DNA from: Haplodiscus bocki
Lineage: Eukaryota
Assembly: GCA_965655095.1 (NCBI GenBank)
Contig: OZ296651.1
Location: forward strand, 5,518,001-5,582,000
Length of the DNA stretch: 64,000 bases
Direction: 5' to 3'
Shown here: positions 15,001 through 30,000 of the stretch, piece after piece
Layout of the letters: each line of letters starts with the position of its first letter
How positions within the stretch are numbered: the stretch's first letter is position 1
Position numbers and translations under genes: made by a program
Notes under the pieces: generated by a model
The model's database searches: none
Seen by the model: only the letters and a program-made list of their open reading frames with translations
Told to the model about the DNA's origin: nothing

Positions 15001-18000
15001 TGACCGAACTTTTTATTTTTCATACCCTCTACCTGCAGAAAATCGACTGAGACGTTGACAGTGGAAAATTATGTTTCTTCTCGAGGACAATCATTACTTA
15101 TTGCAATTTAAGGCGGTTTCATTCCCTCAGTTTTGCGATGGATGGAACTTAAGACAAGATGGTCTGTTTTCGAACGACGTCCTGCAAGTAGAAAAGGCAG
15201 ATTTGGATTCTTTTGAAGAAATTTTCAGCTACTTGCTGAGAAAATTTACTTCATAAACTGAGAATGCACAAATGCATTTTCAACAATTGGCCTCTTCCTC
15301 GTATGAAATTGTGGTACCACGACCAAAAGAGTTTCATTGAAATACCTTCTGCAAGTTCAAAACTGTCGACTGAGACCTTGGTGGGAGAGTTCCAATTGGT
15401 AGTCTGGCAGGAATGTGATTTTGAATAGCGAGATCAAAAAATGCCATGTTTTCGGGCTTGTCGATCTTTAGGGACTACATATTGATATGGTCAATGCCAA
15501 GTTTTTTGTTTGAGTTTTGATGAACGAACAATATTCAAATGATTGCAGCAGTTTCAAAATTCCAAAATTTTCAGACACTCGGAAGATTTGTCCGTTTTTT
15601 GTTTTAAAAAGCATCAATCCATACCTTCTCTCAACTTTTTGAGGAAGTTTTTGTGGAAGTTTCTGAGGTTCGGTTATCTTTCGACTTCTCCGAAAATTTT
15701 AACCTCTTTATGAAAAAAATGATTTGCATTCACAAAATTTGTCGTGTCAAAGTTCGATGGAAAAAAGGAGAATCTTTGGAAAGCGAAAGTAAATTGTTGG
15801 ACAACCCCAGACGTAATCGAGGAGAACATCTTATTTTGATACGAAAGAATCCCACAATGTATGAAACTTTTGTAAAAAAAAATCGGTTCGGAAAAGTGTT
15901 CGGAGCAGCTATTTTAGGGATACTCGAGTGCGGTGGCATCGCATATTCGCACTACACAAGGCGCTCACAAATCTGCAACACTGAATCTGCGTGACGTTAG
16001 CCTTTTTTTGGAAAAGGAAGAAAAAGTCCACTGCTGCATTGCTTTTCTTCGTTTTGAAAAGTTTTTTCGACGGAAAATAATGAGTTTGATCCTGAGAGGT
16101 TGTACATTGACTTTAACGCCTGTGTAAAAGTCGAAATTGAAGTCATTTTCAGTTTTCACTACTTTAGGTTTTCCATGTCGATTCCGATGCGAGTTACAAA
16201 CCTCACGCTTCTCTTCTCTACGGGCCTTCTATAAATTGAGTGTTGTCTAGGAACTTGTTGGTTGATTGTCAGTCTGTATTCTCAGTGCAAATTGAAATTC
16301 TTTCGTTGCTTTTTCTACTTCTAGGCTTTATGGGTAAATCGGGGCTCTGATGCAAATAAAAAAATCCGAGGTTTTTTCTGGAAAAACTTTGATAGCGGAA
16401 AGTCAGCCGGTTGTTTTGGAGGGAAAATATAGGTATCGATGAAAACCACTAATTTTGCCGTTTTTGGCAGATAAAGCTTGCAATGCAGACAAGATCTTTC
16501 GGACTATGTTTTTTGAGTAAACCATTCGTAAAGAAGAATGTCGACTGGGACCTTGATAAGGGAAATCCAGTCAGTAATTTTGAAGAATTGTAAGTTTGGC
16601 TTCCGCGGAGATTTAATACTTCATTTCTTCGCAATATCCGGTCATCAGTTTTCCTATGCAATTAACCAACCGAAGCTTTAATGTACAAACTTTCTGCAAG
16701 TAGAGAGATTCCGATTTGGACTGTGATGAAAGTAATCTAGCTCGTAGTTTTTGAAGGAAAGTAGTTTGAATATTAAAAACAATCATGCACGAACGAAAAT
16801 TTTCACAATATAGGCTTTTCTGAGGTTTCGCTACAAAGGTGCAAAACCAGGATGTATAATTGAATCGTTAGTGGAGGAAGTCGTGCTGTTTTCCGGAGAA
16901 TAGTGTGGTTGCATTTTGGGGGAATGTTATTGCTCTCTGCACTTGTTGACATAATATTTCTACAAACTTTTCGATGCCACGAAACTGACCGAACTTTTTA
17001 TTTTTCATACCCTCTACCTGCAGAAAATCGACTGAGACGTTGACAGTGGAAAATTATGTTTCTTCTCGAGGACAATCATTACTTATTGCAATTTAAGGCG
17101 GTTTCATTCCCTCAGTTTTGCGATGGATGGAACTTAAGACAAGATAGTCTGTTTCCGAACGACGTCCTGCAAGTAGAAAAGGCAGATTTGGATTCTTTTG
17201 AAGAAATTTTCAGCTACTTGCTGAGAAAATTTACTTCATAAACTGAGAATGCACAAATGCATTTTCAACAATTGGCCTCTTCCTCGTATGAAATTGTGGT
17301 ACCACGACCAAAAGAGTTTCATTGAAATACCTTCTGCAAGTTCAAAACTGTCGACTGAGACCTTGGTGGGAGAGTTCCAATTGGCAGTCTGGCAGGAATG
17401 TGATTCTGAATAGCGAGATCAAAAAATACCATGTTTTTGGGCTTGTCGATCTATAGGGACTACAGATTGATATGGTCAAGGCCAAGTTTTTTGTTTGAGT
17501 TTCGATGAACGAACAATATTCAGATGATTGCAGCAGTTTCAAAAATCCAAAATTTTCAGACACTCGGAAGATTTGTCCGTTTTTTGTTTTAAAAAGCATC
17601 AATCCATACCTTCTCTCAACTTTTTGAGGAAGTTTTTTTGAAAGTTTCTGAGGTTCGGTTATCTTTCGACATCTCCGAAAATTTTAACCTCTTCATGAAA
17701 AAATGATTTGCATTCACAAAATTTGTCGTGTCAAAGTTCGATGGAAAAAAGGAGAATCTTCGGAAAGCGAAAATAAATTGTTGGACAACCCCAGACGTAA
17801 TCGAGGAGAACATCTTATTTTGATACGAAAGAATCCCACAATGTATGAAACTTTTGTAAAAAAAAATCGGTTCGGAAATGTGTTCGGCGCAGCTATTTTA
17901 GGGATACTCGAGTGCAGTGACATCGCATATTCGCACTACAGAAGGCGCTCACAAATCTGCAACACGGAATCTGCGTGACCTTAGCCTTTTTTTGGAAAAG

Positions 18001-21000
18001 GAAGAAAAATTTCACTGCTGCATTGCTTTTCTTCGTTTTGAAAAGTTTTTTCGACGGAAAATAATGAGTTTGATCCTGAGAGGTTGTACTTTGACTTTAA
18101 CGCCTGTGTAAAAGTCAAAAGTGAAGTCATTTTCAGTTTTCACTACTTTAGATTTTCCATGTCGCTTCCGATGCGAGTTACAAACCTGACGCTTCTTTTC
18201 TCTACGGGCCTTCTACAAATTGCGTGTTGTCTAGGAACTTGTTGGTTGATTGTCAGTCTATATTCTCAGAGCAAATTGAAATTCCTTCGTTGCTTTTTCT
18301 ACTTCTAGGCTTTATGGATAAATCGGGACTCTGATGCAAAATAAAAAAATCCGGGGTTTTATCTGGTAAAACGTTGTTAGCGGAAAGTCAGCCGGTTGTT
18401 TTGGAGGGAAAATATAGGTATCGATGAAAACCACTAATTTTGCCATTTTTGGCAGATAAAGCTTGCACTGCAGACAAGATCTTTCGGACTATGTTTTTTG
18501 AGTAAACCATACGTAAAGAAGAATGTCGACTGGGACCTTGATAAGGGAAATCCAGTCAGTAATTTTGAAGAATTGTAAGTTTGGCTTCCGCGGAGATTTA
18601 ATACTTCATTTCTTCGCAATATCCGGTCATCGGTTTTCCGATGCAATTAACCAACCGAAGCTTTATTGTACAAACCTTCTGCTACTGGAGAGATTCCGAT
18701 TTGGACTATGATGAAACTAATCTAGCTCGTTGTTTTTGAAGGAAAGGAGTTTGAATATTAAAAACAATCATGCACTAACGGAAATTTTCGCAATATAGGC
18801 TTTTCTGAGGTTTCGCTACAAAGGTGCAAAACCAGGATGTATAATTGAATCGTTAGTGGAGGAAGTCGTGCTGTTTTCCGGAGAATAGTGTGGTTGCATT
18901 TTGGGGGAATGTTATTGCTCTCTGCACTTGTTGACATAATATTTCTACAAACTTTTCGATGCCACGAAACTGACCGAACTTTTTATTTTTCATACCCTCT
19001 ACCTGCAGAAAATCGACTGAGACGTTGACAGTGGAAAATTATGTTTCTTCTCGAGGACAATCATTACTTATTGCAATTTAAGGCGGTTTCATTCCCTCAG
19101 TTTTGCGATGGATGGAACTTAAGACAAGATGGTCTGTTTTCGAACGACGTCCTGCAAGTAGAAAAGGCAGATTTGGATTCTTTTGAAGAAATTTTCAGCT
19201 ACTTGCTGAGAAAATTTACTTCATAAACTGAGAATGCACAAATGCATTTTCAACAATTGCCCTCTTCCTCGTATGAAATTGTGGTACCACGACCAAAAGA
19301 GTTTCATTGAAATACCTTCTGCAAGTTCAAAACTGTCGACTGAGACCTTGGTGGGAGAGTTCCAATTGGTAGTCTGGCAGGAATGTGATTTTGAATAGCG
19401 AGATCAAAAAATGCCATGTTTTCGGGCTTGTCGATCTTTAGGGACTACATATTGATATGGTCAATGCCAAGTTTTTTGTTTGAGTTTTGATGAACGAACA
19501 ATATTCAAATGATTGCAGCAGTTTCAAAATTCCAAAATTTTCAGACACTCGGAAGATTTGTCCGTTTTTTGTTTTAAAAAGCATCAATCCATACCTTCTC
19601 TCAACTTTTTGAGGAAGTTTTTGTGGAAGTTTCTGAGGTTCGGTTATCTTTCGACTTCTCCGAAAATTTTAACCTCTTTATGAAAAAAATGATTTGCATT
19701 CACAAAATTTGTCGTGTCAAAGTTCGATGGAAAAAAGGAGAATCTTTGGAAAGCGAAAGTAAATTGTTGGACAACCCCAGACGTAATCGAGGAGAACATC
19801 TTATTTTGATACGAAAGAATCCCACAATGTATGAAACTTTTGTAAAAAAAAACGGTTCGGAAAAGTGTTCGGAGCAGCTATGTTAGGGATACTCGAGTGC
19901 GGTGACATCGCATAATCGCACTACACAAAGCGCTCACAAATCTGCAACACTGAATCTGCGTGACGTTAGCCTTTTTTTTGGAAAAGGAAGAAAAAGTCCA
20001 CTGCTGCATTGCTTTTCTTCGTTTTGAAAAGTTTTTTCGACGGAAAATAATGAGTTTGATCCTGAGAGGTTGTACATTGACTTTAACGCCTGTGTAAAAG
20101 TGAAAAATGAAGTCATTTTCAGTTTTCACTACTTTAGATTTTCCATGTCGCTTCCGATGCGAGTTACAAAGCTGACGCTTCTTTTCTCTACGGGCCTTCT
20201 ACAAATTGAGTGTTGTCTAGGAACTTGTTGGTTGATTGTCAGTCTATATTCTCAGAGCAAATTGAAATTCCTTCGTTGCTTTTTCTACTTCTAGGCTTTA
20301 TGGGTAAATCGGGACTCTGATGCAAAATAAAAAAATCCGAGGTTTTATCTGGTAAAACGTTGTTAGCGGAAAGTCAGTCGGTTGTTTTGGAGGGAAAATA
20401 TAGGTATCGATGAAAACCACTAATTTTGCCATTTTTTGGCAGATAAAGCTTGCAATGCAGACAAGATCTTTCGGACTATGTTTTTTGAGTGAACCATACG
20501 TAAAGAAGAATGTCGACTGGGAACTTGATAAGGGAAATCCAGTCAGTAATTTTGAAGAATTGTAAGTTTGGCTTCCGCGGAGATTTAATACTTCATTTCT
20601 TCGCAATATCCGGTCATCAGTTTTCCTATGCAATTAACCAACCGAAGCTTTATTGTACAAACCTTTTGCAACTGGAGAGATTCCGATTTGGACTATGATG
20701 AAACTAATCTAGCTCGTTGTTTTTGAAGGAAAGGAGTTTGAATATTAAAAACAATCATGCACTAACGGAAATTTTCGCAATATAGGCTTTTCTGAGGTTT
20801 CGCTACAAAGGTGCAAAACCAGGATGTATAATTGAATCGTTAGTGGAGGAAGTCGTGCTGTTTTCCGGAGAATAGTGTGGTTGCATTTTGGGGGATTGTT
20901 ATTGCTCTCTGCACTTGTTGACATAATATTTCTACAAACTTTTCGGTGCCACGAAACTGACCGAACTTTTTACTTATCATACCCTCTACCTGCAGAAAAT

Positions 21001-24000
21001 CGACTGAGACGTTGACAGTGGAAAATTATGTTTCTTCTCGAGGACAATCATTACTTTTTGCAATTTAAGGCGGTTTCCTCCCCTCAGTTTTGCGATGGAT
21101 GGAACTTAAGACAAGATAGTCTGCTTCCGAACGACGTCCTACAAGTAGAAAAGGCCGATTTGGATTCATTTGAAGAAGTTTTGAGCTGCTTGCTGAGAAA
21201 ATTTACTTTATAAACTGAGAATGCACAAATGCATTTTTAACATTTGGCCGCTTCCTCGCATGAAATAGTGGTACCACGACCAAAAGAGTTTCATTGAAAT
21301 ACCTTCTGCAAGTTCAAAACTGTCGACTGAGACCTTGGTGGGAGAGTTCCAATTGGTAGTCTGGCAGGAATGTGATTTTGAATAGCGAGATCAAAAAATA
21401 CCATGTTTTCGGGCTTGTCGATCTATAGCGACTACAGATTGATATGGTCAAGGCCAAGTCTTTTGTTTGAGTTTTGATGAACGAACAATATTCAGATGAT
21501 TGCAGCAGTTTCAAAATTCCAAAATTTTCAGACACTCGGAAGATTTGTCCGTTTTTTGTTTTAAAAAGCATCAATCCATACCTTCTCTCAACTTTTTGAG
21601 GAAGTTTTTTTGAAAGTTTCTGAGGTTCGGTTATCTTTCGACATCTCCGAAAATTTTAACCTCTTCATGAAAAAATGATTTGCATTCACAAAATTTGTCG
21701 TGTCAAAGTTCGATGGAAAAAAGGAGAATCTTCGGAAAGCGAAAATAAATTGTTGGACAACCCCAGACGTAATCGAGGAGAACATCTTATTTTGATACGA
21801 AAGAATCCCACAATGTATGAAACTTTTGTAAAAAAAAATCGGTTCGGAAATGTGTTCGGCGCAGCTATTTTAGGGATACTCGAGTGCAGTGACATCGCAT
21901 ATTCGCACTACAGAAGGCGCTCACAAATCTGCAACACGGAATCTGCGTGACCTTAGCCTTTTTTTGGAAAAGGAAGAAAAATTTCACTGCTGCATTGCTT
22001 TTCTTCGTTTTGAAAAGTTTTTTCGACGGAAAATAATGAGTTTGATCCTGAGAGGTTGTACTTTGACTTTAACGCCTGTGTAAAAGTCAAAAGTGAAGTC
22101 ATTTTCAGTTTTCACTACTTTAGATTTTCCATGTCGCTTCCGATGCGAGTTACAAACCTGACGCTTCTTTTCTCTACGGGCCTTCTACAAATTGCGTGTT
22201 GTCTAGGAACTTGTTGGTTGATTGTCAGTCTATATTCTCAGAGCAAATTGAAATTCCTTCGTTGCTTTTTCTACTTCTAGGCTTTATGGATAAATCGGGA
22301 CTCTGATGCAAAATAAAAAAATCCGGGGTTTTATCTGGTAAAACGTTGTTAGCGGAAAGTCAGCCGGTTGTTTTGGAGGGAAAATATAGGTATCGATGAA
22401 AACCACTAATTTTGCCATTTTTGGCAGATAAAGCTTGCACTGCAGACAAGATCTTTCGGACTATGTTTTTTGAGTAAACCATACGTAAAGAAGAATGTCG
22501 ACTGGGACCTTGATAAGGGAAATCCAGTCAGTAATTTTGAAGAATTGTAAGTTTGGCTTCCGCGGAGATTTAATACTTCATTTCTTCGCAATATCCGGTC
22601 ATCGGTTTTCCGATGCAATTAACCAACCGAAGCTTTATTGTACAAACCTTCTGCTACTGGAGAGATTCCGATTTGGACTATGATGAAACTAATCTAGCTC
22701 GTTGTTTTTGAAGGAAAGGAGTTTGAATATTAAAAACAATCATGCACTAACGGAAATTTTCGCAATATAGGCTTTTCTGAGGTTTCGCTACAAAGGTGCA
22801 AAACCAGGATGTATAATTGAATCGTTAGTGGAGGAAGTCGTGCTGTTTTCCGGAGAATAGTGTGGTTGCATTTTGGGGGAATGTTATTGCTCTCTGCACT
22901 TGTTGACATAATATTTCTACAAACTTTTCGATGCCACGAAACTGACCGAACTTTTTATTTTTCATACCCTCTACCTGCAGAAAATCGACTGAGACGTTGA
23001 CAGTGGAAAATTATGTTTCTTCTCGAGGACAATCATTACTTATTGCAATTTAAGGCGGTTTCATTCCCTCAGTTTTGCGATGGATGGAACTTAAGACAAG
23101 ATGGTCTGTTTTCGAACGACGTCCTGCAAGTAGAAAAGGCAGATTTGGATTCTTTTGAAGAAATTTTCAGCTACTTGCTGAGAAAATTTACTTCATAAAC
23201 TGAGAATGCACAAATGCATTTTCAACAATTGCCCTCTTCCTCGTATGAAATTGTGGTACCACGACCAAAAGAGTTTCATTGAAATACCTTCTGCAAGTTC
23301 AAAACTGTCGACTGAGACCTTGGTGGGAGAGTTCCAATTGGTAGTCTGGCAGGAATGTGATTTTGAATAGCGAGATCAAAAAATGCCATGTTTTCGGGCT
23401 TGTCGATCTTTAGGGACTACATATTGATATGGTCAATGCCAAGTTTTTTGTTTGAGTTTTGATGAACGAACAATATTCAAATGATTGCAGCAGTTTCAAA
23501 ATTCCAAAATTTTCAGACACTCGGAAGATTTGTCCGTTTTTTGTTTTAAAAAGCATCAATCCATACCTTCTCTCAACTTTTTGAGGAAGTTTTTGTGGAA
23601 GTTTCTGAGGTTCGGTTATCTTTCGACTTCTCCGAAAATTTTAACCTCTTTATGAAAAAAATGATTTGCATTCACAAAATTTGTCGTGTCAAAGTTCGAT
23701 GGAAAAAAGGAGAATCTTTGGAAAGCGAAAGTAAATTGTTGGACAACCCCAGACGTAATCGAGGAGAACATCTTATTTTGATACGAAAGAATCCCACAAT
23801 GTATGAAACTTTGGAAAAAAAAATCGGTTCGGAAAAGTGTTCGGAGCAGCTATTTTAGGGATACTCGAGTGCGGTGACATCGCTTATTCGCACCACACAA
23901 GGCGCTCACAAATCTGCAACACTGAATCTGCGTGACGTTTGCCTTTTTTTGGGAAAGGAAGAAAAAGTCCACTGCTGCATTGCTTTTCTTCGTTTTGAAA

Positions 24001-27000
24001 AGTTTTTTCGACGAAAAATAATGAGTTTGATCCTGAGAGGTTGTACATTGACTTTAACGCCTGTGTAAAACTCAAAAATGAAGTCATTTTCAGTTTTCAC
24101 TACTTTAGATTTTCCATGTCGCTTCCGATGCGAGTTACCAACCTGACGCTTCTTTTCTCTACGGGCCTTCTACAAATTGCGTGTTGTCTGGGAACTTGTT
24201 GGTTGATTGTCAGTCTATATTCTCAGAGCAAACTGAAATTCCTTCGTTGCTTTTTCTACTTCTAGGCTTCATGGGTAAATCGAGGCTCTGATGCAAAATA
24301 AAAAAATCCGAGGTTTTTCTGGAAAAACTTTGATAGCAGAAAGTCAGCCGGTTGTTTTGGAGGGAAAATATAGGTATCGATGAGAACCACTAATATTGCC
24401 ATTTTTGGCAGATAAAGCTTCCAATGCAGACAAGATCTTTCGGACTATGTTTTTTGAGTAAACCATACGTAAAGAAGAATGTCGACTGGGAACTTGATAA
24501 GGGAAATCCAGTCAGTAATTTTGAAGAATTGTAAGTTTGGCTTCCGCGGAGATTTAATACTTCATTTCTTCGCAATATCCGGTCATCAGTTTTCCTATGC
24601 AATTAACCAACCGAAGCTTTATTGTACAAACCTTTTTGCAACTGGAGAGATTCCGATTTGGACTATGATGAAACTAATCTAGCTCGTTGTTTTTGAAGGA
24701 AAGGAGTTTGAATATTAAAAACAATCTTGCACTAACGGAAATTTTCGCAATATAGGCTTTTCTGAGGTTTCGCTACAAAGGTGCAAAACCAGGATGTATA
24801 ATTGAATCGTTAGTGGAGGAAGTCGTGCTGTTTTCCGGAGAATAGTGTGGTTGCATTTTGGGGGAATGTTATTGCTCTCTGCACTTGTTGACATAATATT
24901 TCTACAAACTTTTCGGTGCCACGAAACTGACCGAACTTTTTACTTATCATACCCTCTACCTGCAGAAAATCGACTGAGACGTTGACAGTGGAAAAGTATG
25001 TTTCTTCTCGAGGACAATCATTACTTATTGCAATTTAAGGCGGTTTCATTCCCTCAGTTTTGCGATGGATGGAACTTAAGACAAGATAGTCTGTTTCCGA
25101 ACGACGTCCTGCAAGTAGAAAAGGCAGATTTGGATTCTTTTGAAGAAATTTTCAGCTGCTTGCTGAGAAAATTTACTTCATAAACTGAGAATGCACAAAT
25201 GCATTTTCAACAATCGGCCTCTTCCTCGTATTAAATTGTGGTACCACGACCAAAAGAGTTTCATTGAAATACCTTCTGCAAGTTCAAAACTGTCGACTGA
25301 GACCTTGGTGGGAGAGTTCCAATTGGTAGTCTGGCAGGAATGTGATTTTGACTAGCGAGATCAAAAAATGCCTTGTTTTCGGGCTTGTCGATCTTTAGGG
25401 ACTACACATTGATATGGTCAATGCCAAGTTTTTTGTTTGAGTTTTGATGAACGAACAATATTCAGATGATTGCAGCAGTTTCAAAAAGCCAAAATTTTCA
25501 GACACTCGGAAGATTTGTCCGTTTTTTGTTTTAAAAAGCATCAATCCCTGCCTTCTCTCAAGTTTTTGACGAAGTTTTTCTGAAAGTTTCTGAGGTTCGG
25601 TTATATTTCGACTTCTCCGAAAATTTTAACCTCTTTATGAAAAAAATGATTTGCATTCACAAAACTTGTCGTGTCAAAGTTCGATGGAAAAAAGGAGAAT
25701 CTTTGGAAAGCGAAAATCAATTGTTGGACAACCCCAGACGTAATCGAGGAGAACATCTTATTTTGATACGAAAGAATCCCACAATGTATGAAACTTTTGT
25801 AAAAAAAATCGGTTCGGAAAAGTGTTCGGAGCAGCTATTTTAGGGATACTCGAGTGCAGTGACATCGCATATTCGCACTACACAAAGCGCTCACAAATCT
25901 GCAACACTGAATCTGCGTGACGTTAGCCTTTTTTCGGAAAAGGAAGAAAAAGTCCACTGCTGCATTGCTTTTCTTCGTTTTGAAAAGTTTTTCCGACGGA
26001 AAATAATGAGTTTGATCCTGAGAGGTTGTACATTGACTTTAACGCCTGTGTAAAAGTCAAAAATGAAGTCATTTTCAGTTTTCACTACTTTAGATTTTCC
26101 ATGTCGCTTCCGATGCGAGTTACAAAGCTGACGCTTCTTTTCTCTACGGGCCTTCTACAAATTGAGTGTTGTCTAGGAACTTGTTGGTTGATTGATTGTC
26201 AGTCTATATTCTCAGAGCAAATTGAAATTCCTTCGTTGCTTTTTCTACTTCTAGGCTTTATGGGTAAATCGGGCCTCTGATGCAGAATAAAAAAATCCGA
26301 GGTTTTTTCTGGAAAAACTTTGATAGCAGAAAGTCGGCCGGTTGTTTTGGAGGGAAAATATAGGTTTCGATGAAAACCACTAATTTTGCCATTTTTGGCA
26401 GATAAAGCTTGCAATGCAGACAAGATCTTTCGGACTATGTTTTTTGAGTAAACCATACGTAAAGAAGAATGTCGACTGGGACCTTGATAAGGGAAATCCA
26501 GTCAGTAATTTTGAAGAAATGTAAGTCCGGCTTCCGTGGAGATTTAATACCTCATTTTTTTGCAATATCCGGTCATCAGTTTTCCTATGCAATTAACCAA
26601 CCGAAGCTTTAACGTACAAACTTTCTGCAAGTAGAGAGATTCCGATTTGGACTGTGATGAAAGTAATCTAGCTCGTAGTTTTTGAAGGAAAGTAGTTTGA
26701 ATATTAAAAACAATCATGCACGAACGAAAATTTTCACAATATAGGCTTTTCTGAGGTTTCGCCACAAAGGTGCAAAACCAGGATGTATAATTGAATAGTT
26801 AGTGGAGGAAGTCGTGCTGTTTTCCGGAGAATAGTGTGGTTGCATTTTGGGGGAATGTTATTGCTCTCTGCACTTGTTGACATAATATTTCTACAAACTT
26901 TTCGGTGCCACGAAACTGACCGAACTTTTTTTTTCATACCCTCTACCTGCAGAAAATCGACGGACATGTTGACAGTGGAAAATTATGTTTCTTCTCGAGG

Positions 27001-30000
27001 ACAATCATTACTTTTTGCAATTTAATGCTGTTTCATTCCCTCAGTTTTGCGATGGACGGAACTTAAGACAAGATAGTCTGTTTCCGAACGACGTCCTACA
27101 AGTAGAAAAGGCCGATTTGGATTCTTTTGAAGAAGTTTTCAGCTGCTTGCTGAGAAAATTTACTTTATAAACTGAGAATGCACAAATGCATTTTCAACAT
27201 TTGGCCTCTTCCTCGTATGAAATTGTGGTACCACGACCAAAAGAGTTTCATTGAAATACCTTCTGCAAGTTCAATACTGTCGACTGAGACCTTGGTGGGA
27301 GAGTTCCAATTGGTAGTCTGGCAGGAATGTGATTTTGACTAGCGAGATCAAAAAATGCCATGTTTTCGGGCTTGTCGATCTTTAGGGACTACACATTGAT
27401 ATGGTCAATGCCAAGTTTTTTGTTTGAGTTTTGATGAACGAACAATATTCAGATGATTGCAGCAGTTTCAAAGTTCCAAAATTTTCAGACACTCGGAAGA
27501 TTTGTCCGTTTTTTGTTTTAAAAAGTATCAATCCATACCTTCTCTCAACTTTTTGACGAAGTTTTTGTGAAAGTTTCTGAGGTTCGGTTATATTTCGACT
27601 TCTCCGAAAATTTTAACCTCTTTATGAAAAAAATGATTTGCATTCACAAAACTTGTCGTGTCAAAGTTCGATGGAAAAAAGGAGAATCTTTGGAAAGCGA
27701 AAATCAATTGTTGGACAACCCCAGACGTAATCGAGGAGATCATCTTATTTTGATACGAAAGAATCCCACAATGTATGAAACTTATGTAAAAAAAATCGGT
27801 TCGGAAAAGTGTTCGGAGCAGCTATGTTAGGGATACTCGAGTGCGGTGACATCGCATATTCGCACTACACAAAGCGCTCACAAATCTGCAACACTGAATC
27901 TGCGTGACGTTAGCCTTTTTTCGGAAAAGGAAGAAAAAGTCCACTGCTGCATTGCTTTTCTTCGTTTTGAAAAGTTTTTCCGACGGAAAATAATGAGTTT
28001 GATCCTGAGAGGTTGTACATTGACTTTAACGCCTGTGTAAAAGTCAAAAATGAAGTCATTTTCAGTTTTCACTACTTTAGATTTTCCATGTCGCTTCCGA
28101 TGCGAGTTACAAAGCTGACGCTTCTTTTCTCTACGGGCCTTCTACAAATTGAGTGTTGTCTAGGAACTTGTTGGTTGATTGATTGTCAGTCTATATTCTC
28201 AGAGCAAATTGAAATTCCTTCGTTGCTTTTTCTACTTCTAGGCTTTATGGGTAAATCGGGCCTCTGATGCAGAATAAAAAAATCCGAGGTTTTTTCTGGA
28301 AAAACTTTGATAGCAGAAAGTCGGCCGGTTGTTTTGGAGGGAAAATATAGGTTTCGATGAAAACCACTAATTTTGCCATTTTTGGCAGATAAAGCTTGCA
28401 ATGCAGACAAGATCTTTCGGACTATGTTTTTTGAGTAAACCATACGTAAAGAAGAATGTCGACTGGGACCTTGATAAGGGAAATCCAGTCAGTAATTTTG
28501 AAGAAATGTAAGTCCGGCTTCCGTGGAGATTTAATACCTCATTTTTTTGCAATATCCGGTCATCAGTTTTCCTATGCAATTAACCAACCGAAGCTTTAAC
28601 GTACAAACTTTCTGCAAGTAGAGAGATTCCGATTTGGACTGTGATGAAAGTAATCTAGCTCGTAGTTTTTGAAGGAAAGTAGTTTGAATATTAAAAACAA
28701 TCATGCACGAACGAAAATTTTCACAATATAGGCTTTTCTGAGGTTTCGCCACAAAGGTGCAAAACCAGGATGTATAATTGAATAGTTAGTGGAGGAAGTC
28801 GTGCTGTTTTCCGGAGAATAGTGTGGTTGCATTTTGGGGGAATGTTATTGCTCTCTGCACTTGTTGACATAATATTTCTACAAACTTTTCGGTGCCACGA
28901 AACTGACCGAACTTTTTTTTTCATACCCTCTACCTGCAGAAAATCGACGGACATGTTGACAGTGGAAAATTATGTTTCTTCTCGAGGACAATCATTACTT
29001 TTTGCAATTTAATGCTGTTTCATTCCCTCAGTTTTGCGATGGACGGAACTTAAGACAAGATAGTCTGTTTCCGAACGACGTCCTACAAGTAGAAAAGGCC
29101 GATTTGGATTCTTTTGAAGAAGTTTTCAGCTGCTTGCTGAGAAAATTTACTTTATAAACTGAGAATGCACAAATGCATTTTCAACATTTGGCCTCTTCCT
29201 CGTATGAAATTGTGGTACCACGACCAAAAGAGTTTCATTGAAATACCTTCTGCAAGTTCAATACTGTCGACTGAGACCTTGGTGGGAGAGTTCCAATTGG
29301 TAGTCTGGCAGGAATGTGATTTTGACTAGCGAGATCAAAAAATGCCATGTTTTCGGGCTTGTCGATCTTTAGGGACTACACATTGATATGGTCAATGCCA
29401 AGTTTTTTGTTTGAGTTTTGATGAACGAACAATATTCAGATGATTGCAGCAGTTTCAAAGTTCCAAAATTTTCAGACACTCGGAAGATTTGTCCGTTTTT
29501 TGTTTTAAAAAGTATCAATCCATACCTTCTCTCAACTTTTTGACGAAGTTTTTGTGAAAGTTTCTGAGGTTCGGTTATATTTCGACTTCTCCGAAAATTT
29601 TGACCTCTTTATGAAAAAAATGATTTGCATTCACGAAATTTGTCGTGTCAAAGTTCGATGGAAAAAAGGAGAATCTTTGGAAAGCGAGAATAAATTGTTG
29701 GACAACCCCAGACGTAATCGACGAGAACATCTTATTTTGATACGAAAGAATCCCACAATGTATGAAACTTTTGAAAAAAAATCGGTTCGGAAAAGTATTC
29801 GGAGCAGCAATTTAAGGGATAATCGAGTGCGGTGACATCGCATATTCGCACTACACAAGGCGCTCACAGATCTGCAACACTGAATCTGCGTGACGTTAGC
29901 CTTTTTTTGGAAAAGGAAGAAAAAGTCCACTGCTGCATCGCTTTTCTTCGTTTTGAAAAGTTTTTTCGACGAAAAATAATGAGTTTGATCCTGAGAGGTT

